A stretch of 64,000 bases of DNA, from the IMG/VR virus record IMGVR_UViG_2838042994_000001, positions 756-64,755 of that record; one strand, written 5' to 3'. This document shows, piece after piece, positions 1-7,418 of this stretch. Source of the stretch: a virus. Taxonomy: Duplodnaviria; Caudoviricetes. How positions within the stretch are numbered: position 1 is the first letter of the stretch; each line of letters starts with the position of its first letter. The notes under the pieces were generated by a model. It worked only from the letters and a program-made list of their open reading frames with translations, was not told the origin of the DNA and ran no database searches. The position numbers were made by a program, and so were the translations under genes.

Positions 1-186
1 GCCATTGATGAACGTGCGCTGGCTATAGTTTCCGTCCGCTTCGCGGCGCGGCCTCGCCCACAGATAACGGCCAGCGGTAACGTTTTCCAAAACCTTGCCG
101 TTGCGCATGCGGATGTCGATGATGGCGTCCTTGTGCATTGGGCAATCGCCGCCGTGCCATATGGTCCAGTTGGTTGATTGGGTCAT
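1..186 (-). CDS. Small phage hypothetical protein, truncated by window edge (MTQSTNWTIWHGGDCP...)
   Basis: ATG overlaps stop of 183..1082 (ATGA); frame open to position 1; W-x-x-W-x-GG motif resembles 43380..43565. Confidence 0.55.
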   Translation of the reverse strand, partial: MTQSTNWTIWHGGDCPMHKDAIIDIRMRNGKVLENVTAGRYLWARPRREADGNYSQRTFING

Positions 187-1082
187 GCCGACATTCCCCT
201 CTTTCGCCCGTCCAGCAGCGCATCGAACGTCGCCATGAATTCCTCTTCCGCCTTCTCCGGCGACCAATAGCGCAGCTCGACGCCGAGCGGATTGTTGTGC
301 TTGCCGTGCCAGTCCATCGGCACGAGATTGACGAGCTCGTCGGCAATGATGCGCTCGTCCGCCTCATGAACTTCGGCCGGCATCTCCCTTGCCAAGGAAT
401 ACCTATCCGCCACCGCAGCCATAACTCGTGCCTCGGCTTCCTTGTAGCCGGTTAGATACGGCTTCACCGGGCGCGGCACGTCGACGAGGTAGGCTTCGCT
501 GGCGTCGTGCAGCAGCGCCCAAAGAGCCACGTCCACGCCTTCCCAGCGCAGCTTGCGCGCCATCAGCACCGAATGCTCGGCGACGCTGTAAAACCGAAGG
601 CAATGGCCAGCATAGCGGCATTGCAGGCTCAGCGAGTGGGCGATGTCCTCGATGAAGACTTCGTCTCTTCGCGGATCCAGCGGCCAAAACTTGCGGCCGG
701 TGGCGGTCTGCATAAAATCGCCGTAGCGCGCGGGCTGCGTGTCTTGATGAAACGCGAAATCGGTCTCGGAAGCGTGTCGCTGCCAATCCTCCTCTGAAAG
801 AACCGGAACGACAGGCTCGCTTTCATCGTCTGCATAGTTGATGCCGACGAGATCTGCGGTGGTTGCGACTTCGCAGGAACGGCGATCAACCACCGATCGA
901 AGGAGGCCGATATACTGGCCGCGCTCTTGCGGCACGTTGTCGTTCGCCGGCACGTACTTCGGCGCCGGCATGGGCTGCGCGCCCATACCGGGAACCATGA
1001 CCGGCTCGTTATACTGTTTTGGCGAAACGGTTATAGCCGGCTCGTGCCGGTGGCGCCATGATGGCAACGTTTTGTTACTCAT
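183..1082 (-). CDS. HD-domain hydrolase (YfbR-like 5'-deoxynucleotidase family)
   Basis: EDIAHSLSLQCRYAGH...YSVAEHS...ALLHDASEAY motifs. Confidence 0.82.
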   Translation of the reverse strand: MSNKTLPSWRHRHEPAITVSPKQYNEPVMVPGMGAQPMPAPKYVPANDNVPQERGQYIGLLRSVVDRRSCEVATTADLVGINYADDESEPVVPVLSEEDWQRHASETDFAFHQDTQPARYGDFMQTATGRKFWPLDPRRDEVFIEDIAHSLSLQCRYAGHCLRFYSVAEHSVLMARKLRWEGVDVALWALLHDASEAYLVDVPRPVKPYLTGYKEAEARVMAAVADRYSLAREMPAEVHEADERIIADELVNLVPMDWHGKHNNPLGVELRYWSPEKAEEEFMATFDALLDGRKRGMSA

Positions 1083-1636
1083 GCGGCCTCCTCTATCGTT
1101 CGGGTTTTGTTGTCATTTGCTGCCTGCAGGTAGGCGATGGCGCTATTGAGCCTGTCTACGCTGTCTTCGACGAGGCCGAGCATCATGTTGCAAGACGTGC
1201 ATAGAAGTCCTCTGATAGCCCCTGTTGCGTGACAGTGATCTACATGGAAGCCGCCTCGACCCTTTGGCTTTGTCGTTTCGCAGATCCTGCACTTTCCTCC
1301 CTGCGCATCGTACATGTCGTCGAAGTCTTCGATCGTGATGCCGTAGTTCTTTCGTAACTGATTGGAGTAGGTCCGGCGCCTATCTTGCTCCTTGCGCTCT
1401 TCTGACCAGCCTTCCTTTCGCTCCTTAACCGCCCGCTTTCTCTTTTGCAGGAGATCCGGAACGCGTTCACGACGCTCCATCTCGTACTTCCGCTGCCTTG
1501 CCGACCAGCATGGAGAACAAATGTACCGCTTGTACTTCTGCATTGAGGCGGTCCAATTCTCGTCAGACAGCATAGCTCCGCAGTCCTGACAGGCGCAGAG
1601 ATCTCCATGCGCCCTCCTTGTTCTAGGTCTTGGCAT
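1079..1636 (-). CDS. Endonuclease VII-like (His-Me finger) free-standing endonuclease
   Basis: CRIC...HVDHCHATGAIRGLLCTSCNMMLG motif. Confidence 0.85.
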   Translation of the reverse strand: MPRPRTRRAHGDLCACQDCGAMLSDENWTASMQKYKRYICSPCWSARQRKYEMERRERVPDLLQKRKRAVKERKEGWSEERKEQDRRRTYSNQLRKNYGITIEDFDDMYDAQGGKCRICETTKPKGRGGFHVDHCHATGAIRGLLCTSCNMMLGLVEDSVDRLNSAIAYLQAANDNKTRTIEEAA

Positions 1637-2133
1637 CAGAACGCCTTACCGCCAGCCTTTTTTCTGTTTTCGATCTGATGATCGGCCCGCGTGCGATTAA
1701 ATTCCATCTTCTCGACGATCGCGCCGCCCAGGTCGTAGCCGAGGAAGGCGGCCAGATCACCGATGCGGATCATGGCGTCGGCGAGCTCGACTTCTGCCAT
1801 CGGCCGGTTCGGCAGCTTGTCGTCCATCAGGACTTTGCCGGGCTTTGATTTGCGAACGCCTTCCATGGCTTCGCTGATTTCGCTTACGATCAGCATGAGC
1901 ATTTCCGGCACGTTGCGATCAAGCGCCTTGCCGGTGGCGAGATCGGTGTACCAGCCTGCCTTTCGGCTCGCGGCGTGGCAGTCGGCGGCGAACAGGTTGA
2001 TGGCGGAGGCGTGGGAATATGCCGGCGACAGCGAAGGCTGCTGGAGGTTGTCGTTGGCTGGCCGCTCCGCATTGCAATCGCATTCTCTCTGCAGGCCGCA
2101 CGCGCAGCCGCCGCCATGGTCGTATTTTGCCAT
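1636..2133 (-). CDS. MazG-like nucleotide pyrophosphohydrolase
   Basis: LMLIVSEISEAMEG...EVELADAMIRIGDL...EKMEFN; start placed at MAKYDH after a GAGGAG RBS. Confidence 0.78.
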   Translation of the reverse strand: MAKYDHGGGCACGLQRECDCNAERPANDNLQQPSLSPAYSHASAINLFAADCHAASRKAGWYTDLATGKALDRNVPEMLMLIVSEISEAMEGVRKSKPGKVLMDDKLPNRPMAEVELADAMIRIGDLAAFLGYDLGGAIVEKMEFNRTRADHQIENRKKAGGKAF

Positions 2134-2194
2134 TCTCTTCTCCTCTTCGTGGTGGTTGCCGCCGACTTGGTTGGTCGGCGGCCGGTGTTGGTGG

Positions 2195-2476
2195 TTAAAA
2201 TGGTAGCCTGGCGCGCATCGGCTCAGACGGATTGCGCGGTATTTCGATGAGTCGAATAACAAGGCTGCTATAGCTGCTAAAGAAATCGTATCGAAACGCG
2301 ATCCACCATTCCCGCCACGTTGGCTTGCGCCGCTCTCCTCCGCCGGCACGGATGGATACGGACGCGACCCTGTGGCCTTTCCTGATTGCCCTGAAAAACT
2401 CCTCAATGACTAGGCCAACCAGAAATCCAGCGATCGCCAAGCCGACGAGTGTAAAAGGGAAAAGCAACCAGATCAC
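2195..2476 (-). CDS. Hypothetical membrane protein
   Basis: Hydrophobic N-terminus; GTGA overlap with upstream gene. Confidence 0.5.
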   Translation of the reverse strand: MIWLLFPFTLVGLAIAGFLVGLVIEEFFRAIRKGHRVASVSIRAGGGERRKPTWREWWIAFRYDFFSSYSSLVIRLIEIPRNPSEPMRARLPF

Positions 2477-3834
2477 GCCGCCCTCATCTGCTCAGCCGGC
2501 GCGTTATCGTTCGCGGCGGCATACTTGCCGGCGACCATCTCAGGCCGCATCGTGTTGCGCGACACCTCGCCGAACATTCTGGAATAGGTGATCCGCTTCG
2601 CCGATCGGCCGGACAGCCACGGCCCGCCAGCTGCATAGGCGTCTTGGGCTGCCAGCGTCTCGTGCCGCTCGACATACATCAGGTCGGTCTTGACGCCTTC
2701 GTCGCTGTGAAGGTGGCCGTGGTGGCAATAGGCGAACTTCGAACGCCCGAAGAGCTCGCGGAAAATGCCTGCGCACTTCACGTCAAGGCTCTTGATATTG
2801 CTCTTGTGGCCGTGGTGATAGAACAGCGCCGTGCTGCCCCACTCATAGGCGTAGTAGAGCATGGGCGAGTTATCGACCGACACACGCGGCTCGTTCTCAT
2901 ACATCGCGGCCAGCATTTCTCGCAGCCAGGCGGACGACGCTGGGTCGTGGTTGCCTGACGCCATTACGACGTGCACTTGCTGGTGCGTCTGGAGAAGCAT
3001 GTCGATGATGCGCCGCACGGTGCGGATGACAACGCGGATCACCTTCTGCAGACGGCTGTCAGCGTCCAGGACGTGCTTATGCGCCGGCGTCACGCTCTCG
3101 AGCGCGTCATGGTGCATCAGGTCGCCCAGCTGCGCCAGCACGGCGGTGTGAGCCTTTGGCGCGCTGGCGATGGCCGCTGAGAACCAATCGAGCAGCAGCT
3201 GCTCGGCGATGCGCAGGTCGTAATCAGCGCCGGTCTCCTCGCGCCATGCCAGCATGCCGAAGTGGCTATCGGTAACTACGAACTGGTTGAGGAGATCGGC
3301 CTCGACTTCCGCCGGCGGTGGCGTCATGGACACACGCGGCAGATCTTCCTTAAGGGCTTCGATGGTCGCTGCGAAAACAGCCGCCTGCTGCGCAGCATCA
3401 GCCGCCGTCTTCACCCACTTGATGACCTCGCGGCCATCCGCATCAACGAGTGCGGAAACGCCCTTGATCTTCTGGCCGTCGGGGATCTCGAACTGGCCGC
3501 CATGCTCTGGCTTCTGCTGGATGAAATCTCCGTTCGGCGTCGACGTCACCTGGCTGATGCGAAAGCCGGGCATGACAGGGGCGGTTGGCAGCATCCCCCG
3601 CTCCGCGGCCACCTTCAGGCGGGAGTTGAACGTCTGGCGAGGCATGCGGAGCAGTTCGGCCGCTTGCGACTTGTTGCCGAGCGCGATGAACGCGTCGGCG
3701 GCTTCTTTGGCGAGATCGTCTGAAAGGGGTGGTGTGGGCAAGTTATGCTCCTGTTTGAATATTGGCGAGGCAATGGTAATGTTGGTCAGCCCTGCAAGGG
3801 TCGCCAAGCGGGCGGCTTTGGGGCTGCGCTCCAT
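2473..3834 (-). CDS. Calcineurin-like metallophosphoesterase with N-terminal HTH
   Basis: DSHFG, GDLMH, GNHD, HHGH, HHGHLH motifs; HTH-like NKSQAAELLRMPRQTFNSRL. Confidence 0.8.
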   Translation of the reverse strand: MERSPKAARLATLAGLTNITIASPIFKQEHNLPTPPLSDDLAKEAADAFIALGNKSQAAELLRMPRQTFNSRLKVAAERGMLPTAPVMPGFRISQVTSTPNGDFIQQKPEHGGQFEIPDGQKIKGVSALVDADGREVIKWVKTAADAAQQAAVFAATIEALKEDLPRVSMTPPPAEVEADLLNQFVVTDSHFGMLAWREETGADYDLRIAEQLLLDWFSAAIASAPKAHTAVLAQLGDLMHHDALESVTPAHKHVLDADSRLQKVIRVVIRTVRRIIDMLLQTHQQVHVVMASGNHDPASSAWLREMLAAMYENEPRVSVDNSPMLYYAYEWGSTALFYHHGHKSNIKSLDVKCAGIFRELFGRSKFAYCHHGHLHSDEGVKTDLMYVERHETLAAQDAYAAGGPWLSGRSAKRITYSRMFGEVSRNTMRPEMVAGKYAAANDNAPAEQMRAA

Positions 3835-3846
3835 TGCTGCCCGCCC

Positions 3847-4281
3847 TCAGTTGATTATCGCCTGCGGCTCCGCCCGCTTCGGCTCTTCGCGGTCGCCGGT
3901 GCCTTCTTCGGCAAATCCCGGCGAGCCCTCTTCGCCCTGCCGCATACCGACCGACCCGCCGTTGCCTGCCGCACCATCCATGGCGTTCTGCAGGTTGTTG
4001 GCCGTGGCGGTGGAGTACGGCAGCTTGTAATAGCGCGGCGCGCCGTCTCCGCCGTCGAGCAGGACATAGATCGCCTGGTTGACGTCAATGCGCGCGCCGA
4101 GGACGGTGTAGTGGCCTTCGGGTGGCGCGGTGATGGCGGGATGGCCGAGCGGGAGGAGCGTGGCTGGCGCGGCAAGCAGGGCCACGACGGCGAAGGCGGC
4201 TGCCTGTTGCTTCGTGCCGAACCAGGCGATGACGCCGGCGGCCAGCACGAATGTGAGCCAAAGGGTGATGGCGGTGGTCAT
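3847..4281 (-). CDS. Membrane-anchored hypothetical protein (possible third member of Mot-like module)
   Basis: Two N-terminal hydrophobic segments, then IYVLL...PRYYKLPY. Confidence 0.65.
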   Translation of the reverse strand: MTTAITLWLTFVLAAGVIAWFGTKQQAAAFAVVALLAAPATLLPLGHPAITAPPEGHYTVLGARIDVNQAIYVLLDGGDGAPRYYKLPYSTATANNLQNAMDGAAGNGGSVGMRQGEEGSPGFAEEGTGDREEPKRAEPQAIIN

Positions 4282-4514
4282 TCGTCGTCACCTCGTACTG
4301 GCGGAAAGCTAGACGGAACCTTGCAAAGCCAATGCGTTGGATCGCCATAGAATTTGCGGCGTGTTTGCATCCAGAATGAAACGAATGGAGACTTTTCACA
4401 CATAGCGGTGAGTTCGGCGTAGATGCCAAACCGAGCCGCGATGATTTCAACGCCAGCTTCTTTTGGCGCGCTGTCCATCGTTTTCCAGTCCAACTCTCTC
4501 TCCATCACCATCAC
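4278..4514 (-). CDS. Small phage hypothetical protein (WKTMDSAPK motif)
   Basis: Overlapping start/stop with both neighbours; typical phage small-domain motif. Confidence 0.55.
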   Translation of the reverse strand: MMVMERELDWKTMDSAPKEAGVEIIAARFGIYAELTAMCEKSPFVSFWMQTRRKFYGDPTHWLCKVPSSFPPVRGDDE

Positions 4515-5050
4515 TCACCCCTCTTCATCTGTTTGAACACTTGCGACGCCGATCCCGGCGCGATCTGCCCGCCGGCCATGCGAAACCGAATCGCTGTCCG
4601 CTCCTGCTTGTCTTTCAGCAGGTCGACCGTGCCTTTCCAGATCACGCCGCCCTCGGCCAGCCGCACCTCGACGGACACCGGAACCGGAACCTTGGCGCAG
4701 CCGAAGCAGCGCACGTTGACCGCATACTCGCCGTCTGGGAGGCCGCGCGTGAACGCGGATTCCGCATTCAAAGGTGTATCGTCATTCGCTGTGCCCAGAT
4801 CATCGCGAAGAAGGCTCCATACGCGATCTGAGCGATGGCTATATCCAACAGCCATTTCATCGCCGTGCTGCACCCAGAGATCAACATCAGTACGGCCGGA
4901 AGGCCATGTGATGCTGGCCACTAAGTTCCCTGGTAGCTGGGCCGGATCATCTTTCGCGGATGGGGCTATTGCCGCCAGAACAAGAATGACCAAGGCGACG
5001 AGACCCATGAGGAAATTCATCAGCAGATCTCTCGTGAGGATTGAAGTCAT
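4511..5050 (-). CDS. MotB/ExbD-like single-TM protein with YfaP-like soluble domain
   Basis: Asp at start of TM (RDLLMNFLMGLVALVIL), then ITWP...DVDLWV...RDDLG...GEYAVNV. Confidence 0.6.
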   Translation of the reverse strand: MTSILTRDLLMNFLMGLVALVILVLAAIAPSAKDDPAQLPGNLVASITWPSGRTDVDLWVQHGDEMAVGYSHRSDRVWSLLRDDLGTANDDTPLNAESAFTRGLPDGEYAVNVRCFGCAKVPVPVSVEVRLAEGGVIWKGTVDLLKDKQERTAIRFRMAGGQIAPGSASQVFKQMKRGE

Positions 5051-5970
5051 GCGGCCACCTCACAAGGGAAGTTAAGGTAGCAGTTACCTGCACCGAAAAA
5101 TGAGATCGCCGCAGCATCATATGCGCGAGCCGCAGCCTCATCGGACGCGAAGGCGCCCAAGTATATCTGCTTCACGCCGACCGACAGCATTGCTCTCCAA
5201 GTTCCTCTTGTTTCGATAAAACAAACCCCCTTGAAGCCAGTTCTTGGTGGTGCCATCCTTTTCGCGTTGGAGAGTTTTTCACGGTGCCCTTCACTAATGG
5301 GAGGCTTATTCTTTCCCTTATTCGCCATCGATATTTTGGCGCGCGTCTCTGGGCTATTGACCTTGCCAAAATTTGCGGCTGAAAGCTTCGCGCGCGTCTC
5401 CTCACTCGGAGACTTTCCGGTTGCCGCTGCGGACATTTTGATGCGCGATTCCTCGCTATGGAACTTTCCGAGCATGTTCTGATTGCCGCGCACGCCGTCA
5501 GCTATCTTGGCGCGCGCTTCGGTGCTGTGCCGCCTCCCGAGGAAATAGGCTTTGCCAACCTTCGATGCGCCGATCTTTGCTCGACTTTCTGGACTAAGAA
5601 CACGACCAACGACGTTTTTGTTACCAATGAGGCTTTTCGACAATTTCGCGCGAGTTTCCGCAGTGCGGATTACTCCGCTCGTGCCCTCTCCCCCATCCGT
5701 CATGTTGGCCAGCGTGCCAGTGCCGTTGTTGATGCGTCCGTATTTTGCTATTTCACGGCGCTCAATCTCGAATGCTTCCAGTTCAGTAAGTCCGCTTTGT
5801 ACGCGCTCTACTTCAGGAGCCATCCCCATGCGCTCGAGTTTCGCGACTATTCGGGTGACTATTTTATTGTGCTTCTTTGGCTGCACATCCCTAACGAAGC
5901 ACCCCTTCCCTATGTAGAATACGGCACCGGTGTCTGGACGCCTCCACTGGTAAACATAGAAGTGATTCAT
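5047..5970 (-). CDS. GIY-YIG homing endonuclease with NUMOD3 repeats and C-terminal AP2-like domain
   Basis: YVYQW...FYIGKG, NMTDGGEG, repeated S-x-E-T-R-A-K-(L/I)-S, GFKGV...YLGAF...AARAYD. Confidence 0.88.
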   Translation of the reverse strand: MNHFYVYQWRRPDTGAVFYIGKGCFVRDVQPKKHNKIVTRIVAKLERMGMAPEVERVQSGLTELEAFEIERREIAKYGRINNGTGTLANMTDGGEGTSGVIRTAETRAKLSKSLIGNKNVVGRVLSPESRAKIGASKVGKAYFLGRRHSTEARAKIADGVRGNQNMLGKFHSEESRIKMSAAATGKSPSEETRAKLSAANFGKVNSPETRAKISMANKGKNKPPISEGHREKLSNAKRMAPPRTGFKGVCFIETRGTWRAMLSVGVKQIYLGAFASDEAAARAYDAAAISFFGAGNCYLNFPCEVAA

Positions 5971-6383
5971 CACGCCACCCCCTTCTCGCCAACGACCCAG
6001 GCAACCGTGGAGATCCACAGCGCGCCGATGGCGCCCACCAGCGTCGAGCAGAACGCCACGCCCATTCCAGCCAACAATGAAGCCGCAACGCGCTGCACGC
6101 CTTCCGGGGAGCCGAGTGAGCCGGTATCGATGTGCTGCAGGGCAATGATGAAGCCCACGACATTGCCGATCAGGCCGAGCGTCACCAGCCAGACTTCGGT
6201 GCGGACGAGATGGGCAGTCCGTCCGAAGAAGACGGCGGCCAGTGCGGCGATCAGCAGCGCAGTGATGCCGTAGCTGATGCGGCTTACATCATGCGTGAAC
6301 ACGAACTGTGTATAGCCCTGCACAGATGCCCATACGACGAGCGCGGCCCAACAGGTGTTGAGGATGATGAGGCGCCCGGTCAT
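5970..6383 (-). CDS. MotA/TolQ/ExbB proton-channel family protein
   Basis: Multi-TM; LVTLGLIGNVVGFIIAL and GMGVAFCSTLVG match the two channel helices. Confidence 0.7.
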   Translation of the reverse strand: MTGRLIILNTCWAALVVWASVQGYTQFVFTHDVSRISYGITALLIAALAAVFFGRTAHLVRTEVWLVTLGLIGNVVGFIIALQHIDTGSLGSPEGVQRVAASLLAGMGVAFCSTLVGAIGALWISTVAWVVGEKGVA

Positions 6384-6532
6384 TGCGTCACCTGTTTAGC
6401 GAGCGCACGGTTGGCGGCGCAAAGAGAGATGCCAACAAGAATTGATAGGAAATCGGCGCCAAAGAGTGCGGAGGCCAACCACGCAAGGGCAAGATCAATC
6501 GCGACGAAGGTGTAGGTAATAATGGCTGTCAT
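6380..6532 (-). CDS. 50-aa hydrophobic peptide (not in ORF track)
   Basis: MTAIITYTFVAIDLALAWLASALFGADFLSILVGISLCAANRALAKQVTQ; overlaps both neighbours (TGATG, ATGA). Confidence 0.55.
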   Translation of the reverse strand: MTAIITYTFVAIDLALAWLASALFGADFLSILVGISLCAANRALAKQVTQ

Positions 6533-7239
6533 CACGAAGCTCTCCGCGCCAGCAGATCGCAGACGGCGTTCGCCGGCACAACAAAGCCGAAGCCGGTCAT
6601 GGTCGGCGTATATGTGTCGGCGCCGGCCGCATCTTTGCCGGCCTTGAGCGGCGCGATCGTGACGCCGACATTGATGCCGACAACGCGGCCATCATTAGAA
6701 AACACGCCCCCACCACTCTGGCCCATAACGGTTGTCATGTCGGTGACAATGACGCGCTTCCACGGCCCATATTGACGGCCGGTTCCGGCGACGCGGCCGA
6801 ACGATGCAATGAATTCCATGCCGAGAGGATTGCCGATCGCCTGCAGTTGCTCTCCGAAGCGCGGCTCGCGGCAATCGAGCTCGCTAGAGCCAGAGACGTT
6901 GCCATCGGTGTGGATCAGAGCGACATCATAATCCTTGTTGGCCCAGAGAACCGTCGCATCGTCCTCGGTGCCGGCCAGCGTCTTGATCTTAACTGTCTTC
7001 TGGTCGCCGACGACATGGGCCGCCGTGAGGATGTTGCCGCCGCCGATGTGGACGCCGGAGCCGAGACCGTCGCCAACGGAAATTTTGATGGCCGAATCTT
7101 CAGACGTGGCCGGCGGAGCCTGGATGATCGTGTTGGTGATGGTGGTGTGGACTGTCTTCGGAACTGCGATGGCCACGCCGCCAACGAGAACGAGGGCAAA
7201 CGCCAGAATGACAATGCCCATGAATCTGTAAAATCTCAT
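6532..7239 (-). CDS. Exported trypsin-like serine protease
   Basis: Signal/TM N-terminus; TAAHV, DVAL and GQSGGG catalytic motifs. Confidence 0.9.
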   Translation of the reverse strand: MRFYRFMGIVILAFALVLVGGVAIAVPKTVHTTITNTIIQAPPATSEDSAIKISVGDGLGSGVHIGGGNILTAAHVVGDQKTVKIKTLAGTEDDATVLWANKDYDVALIHTDGNVSGSSELDCREPRFGEQLQAIGNPLGMEFIASFGRVAGTGRQYGPWKRVIVTDMTTVMGQSGGGVFSNDGRVVGINVGVTIAPLKAGKDAAGADTYTPTMTGFGFVVPANAVCDLLARRAS

Positions 7240-7327
7240 TTACGCCTCCTCTATGTGGTGAATGAGGAGCGGCTTGGTGGGCCGCGCTGGCTGCTGGTAG
7301 GCAGCAAAATCAAAGTGTGTTGAATTT

Positions 7328-7340
7328 ACAAATTTGTCAA
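7328..7340 (-). promoter_or_regulatory. Palindromic operator ACAAATTTGT overlapping TTGACA -35 of accessory operon
   Basis: Perfect palindrome; one of 7 copies at gene boundaries. Confidence 0.75.
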
Positions 7341-7357
7341 TAAAATTGGCGCAAACT

Positions 7358-7392
7358 AAAAAAGCGCCCTCCCCGGTCAAGGAGAGGGCGCT
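7358..7392 (-). terminator. Rho-independent terminator after GH16 gene
   Basis: agcgccctc...gagggcgct stem followed by T-run on minus strand. Confidence 0.75.
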
Positions 7393-7418
7393 AGCAGATG
7401 ATGATGGGCGGTGGGGTG

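Noticed and set aside
183-2133. Z-base (2-aminoadenine) synthesis cluster
   Set aside because: HD and MazG-like genes are present but no PurZ/PurA homologue is in the window; the unseen left end was not assessed
4511-6383. Canonical Zorya defence system
   Set aside because: The MotA-like protein lacks the long ZorA tail, the partner lacks an OmpA domain, and no ZorC/D/E genes are present
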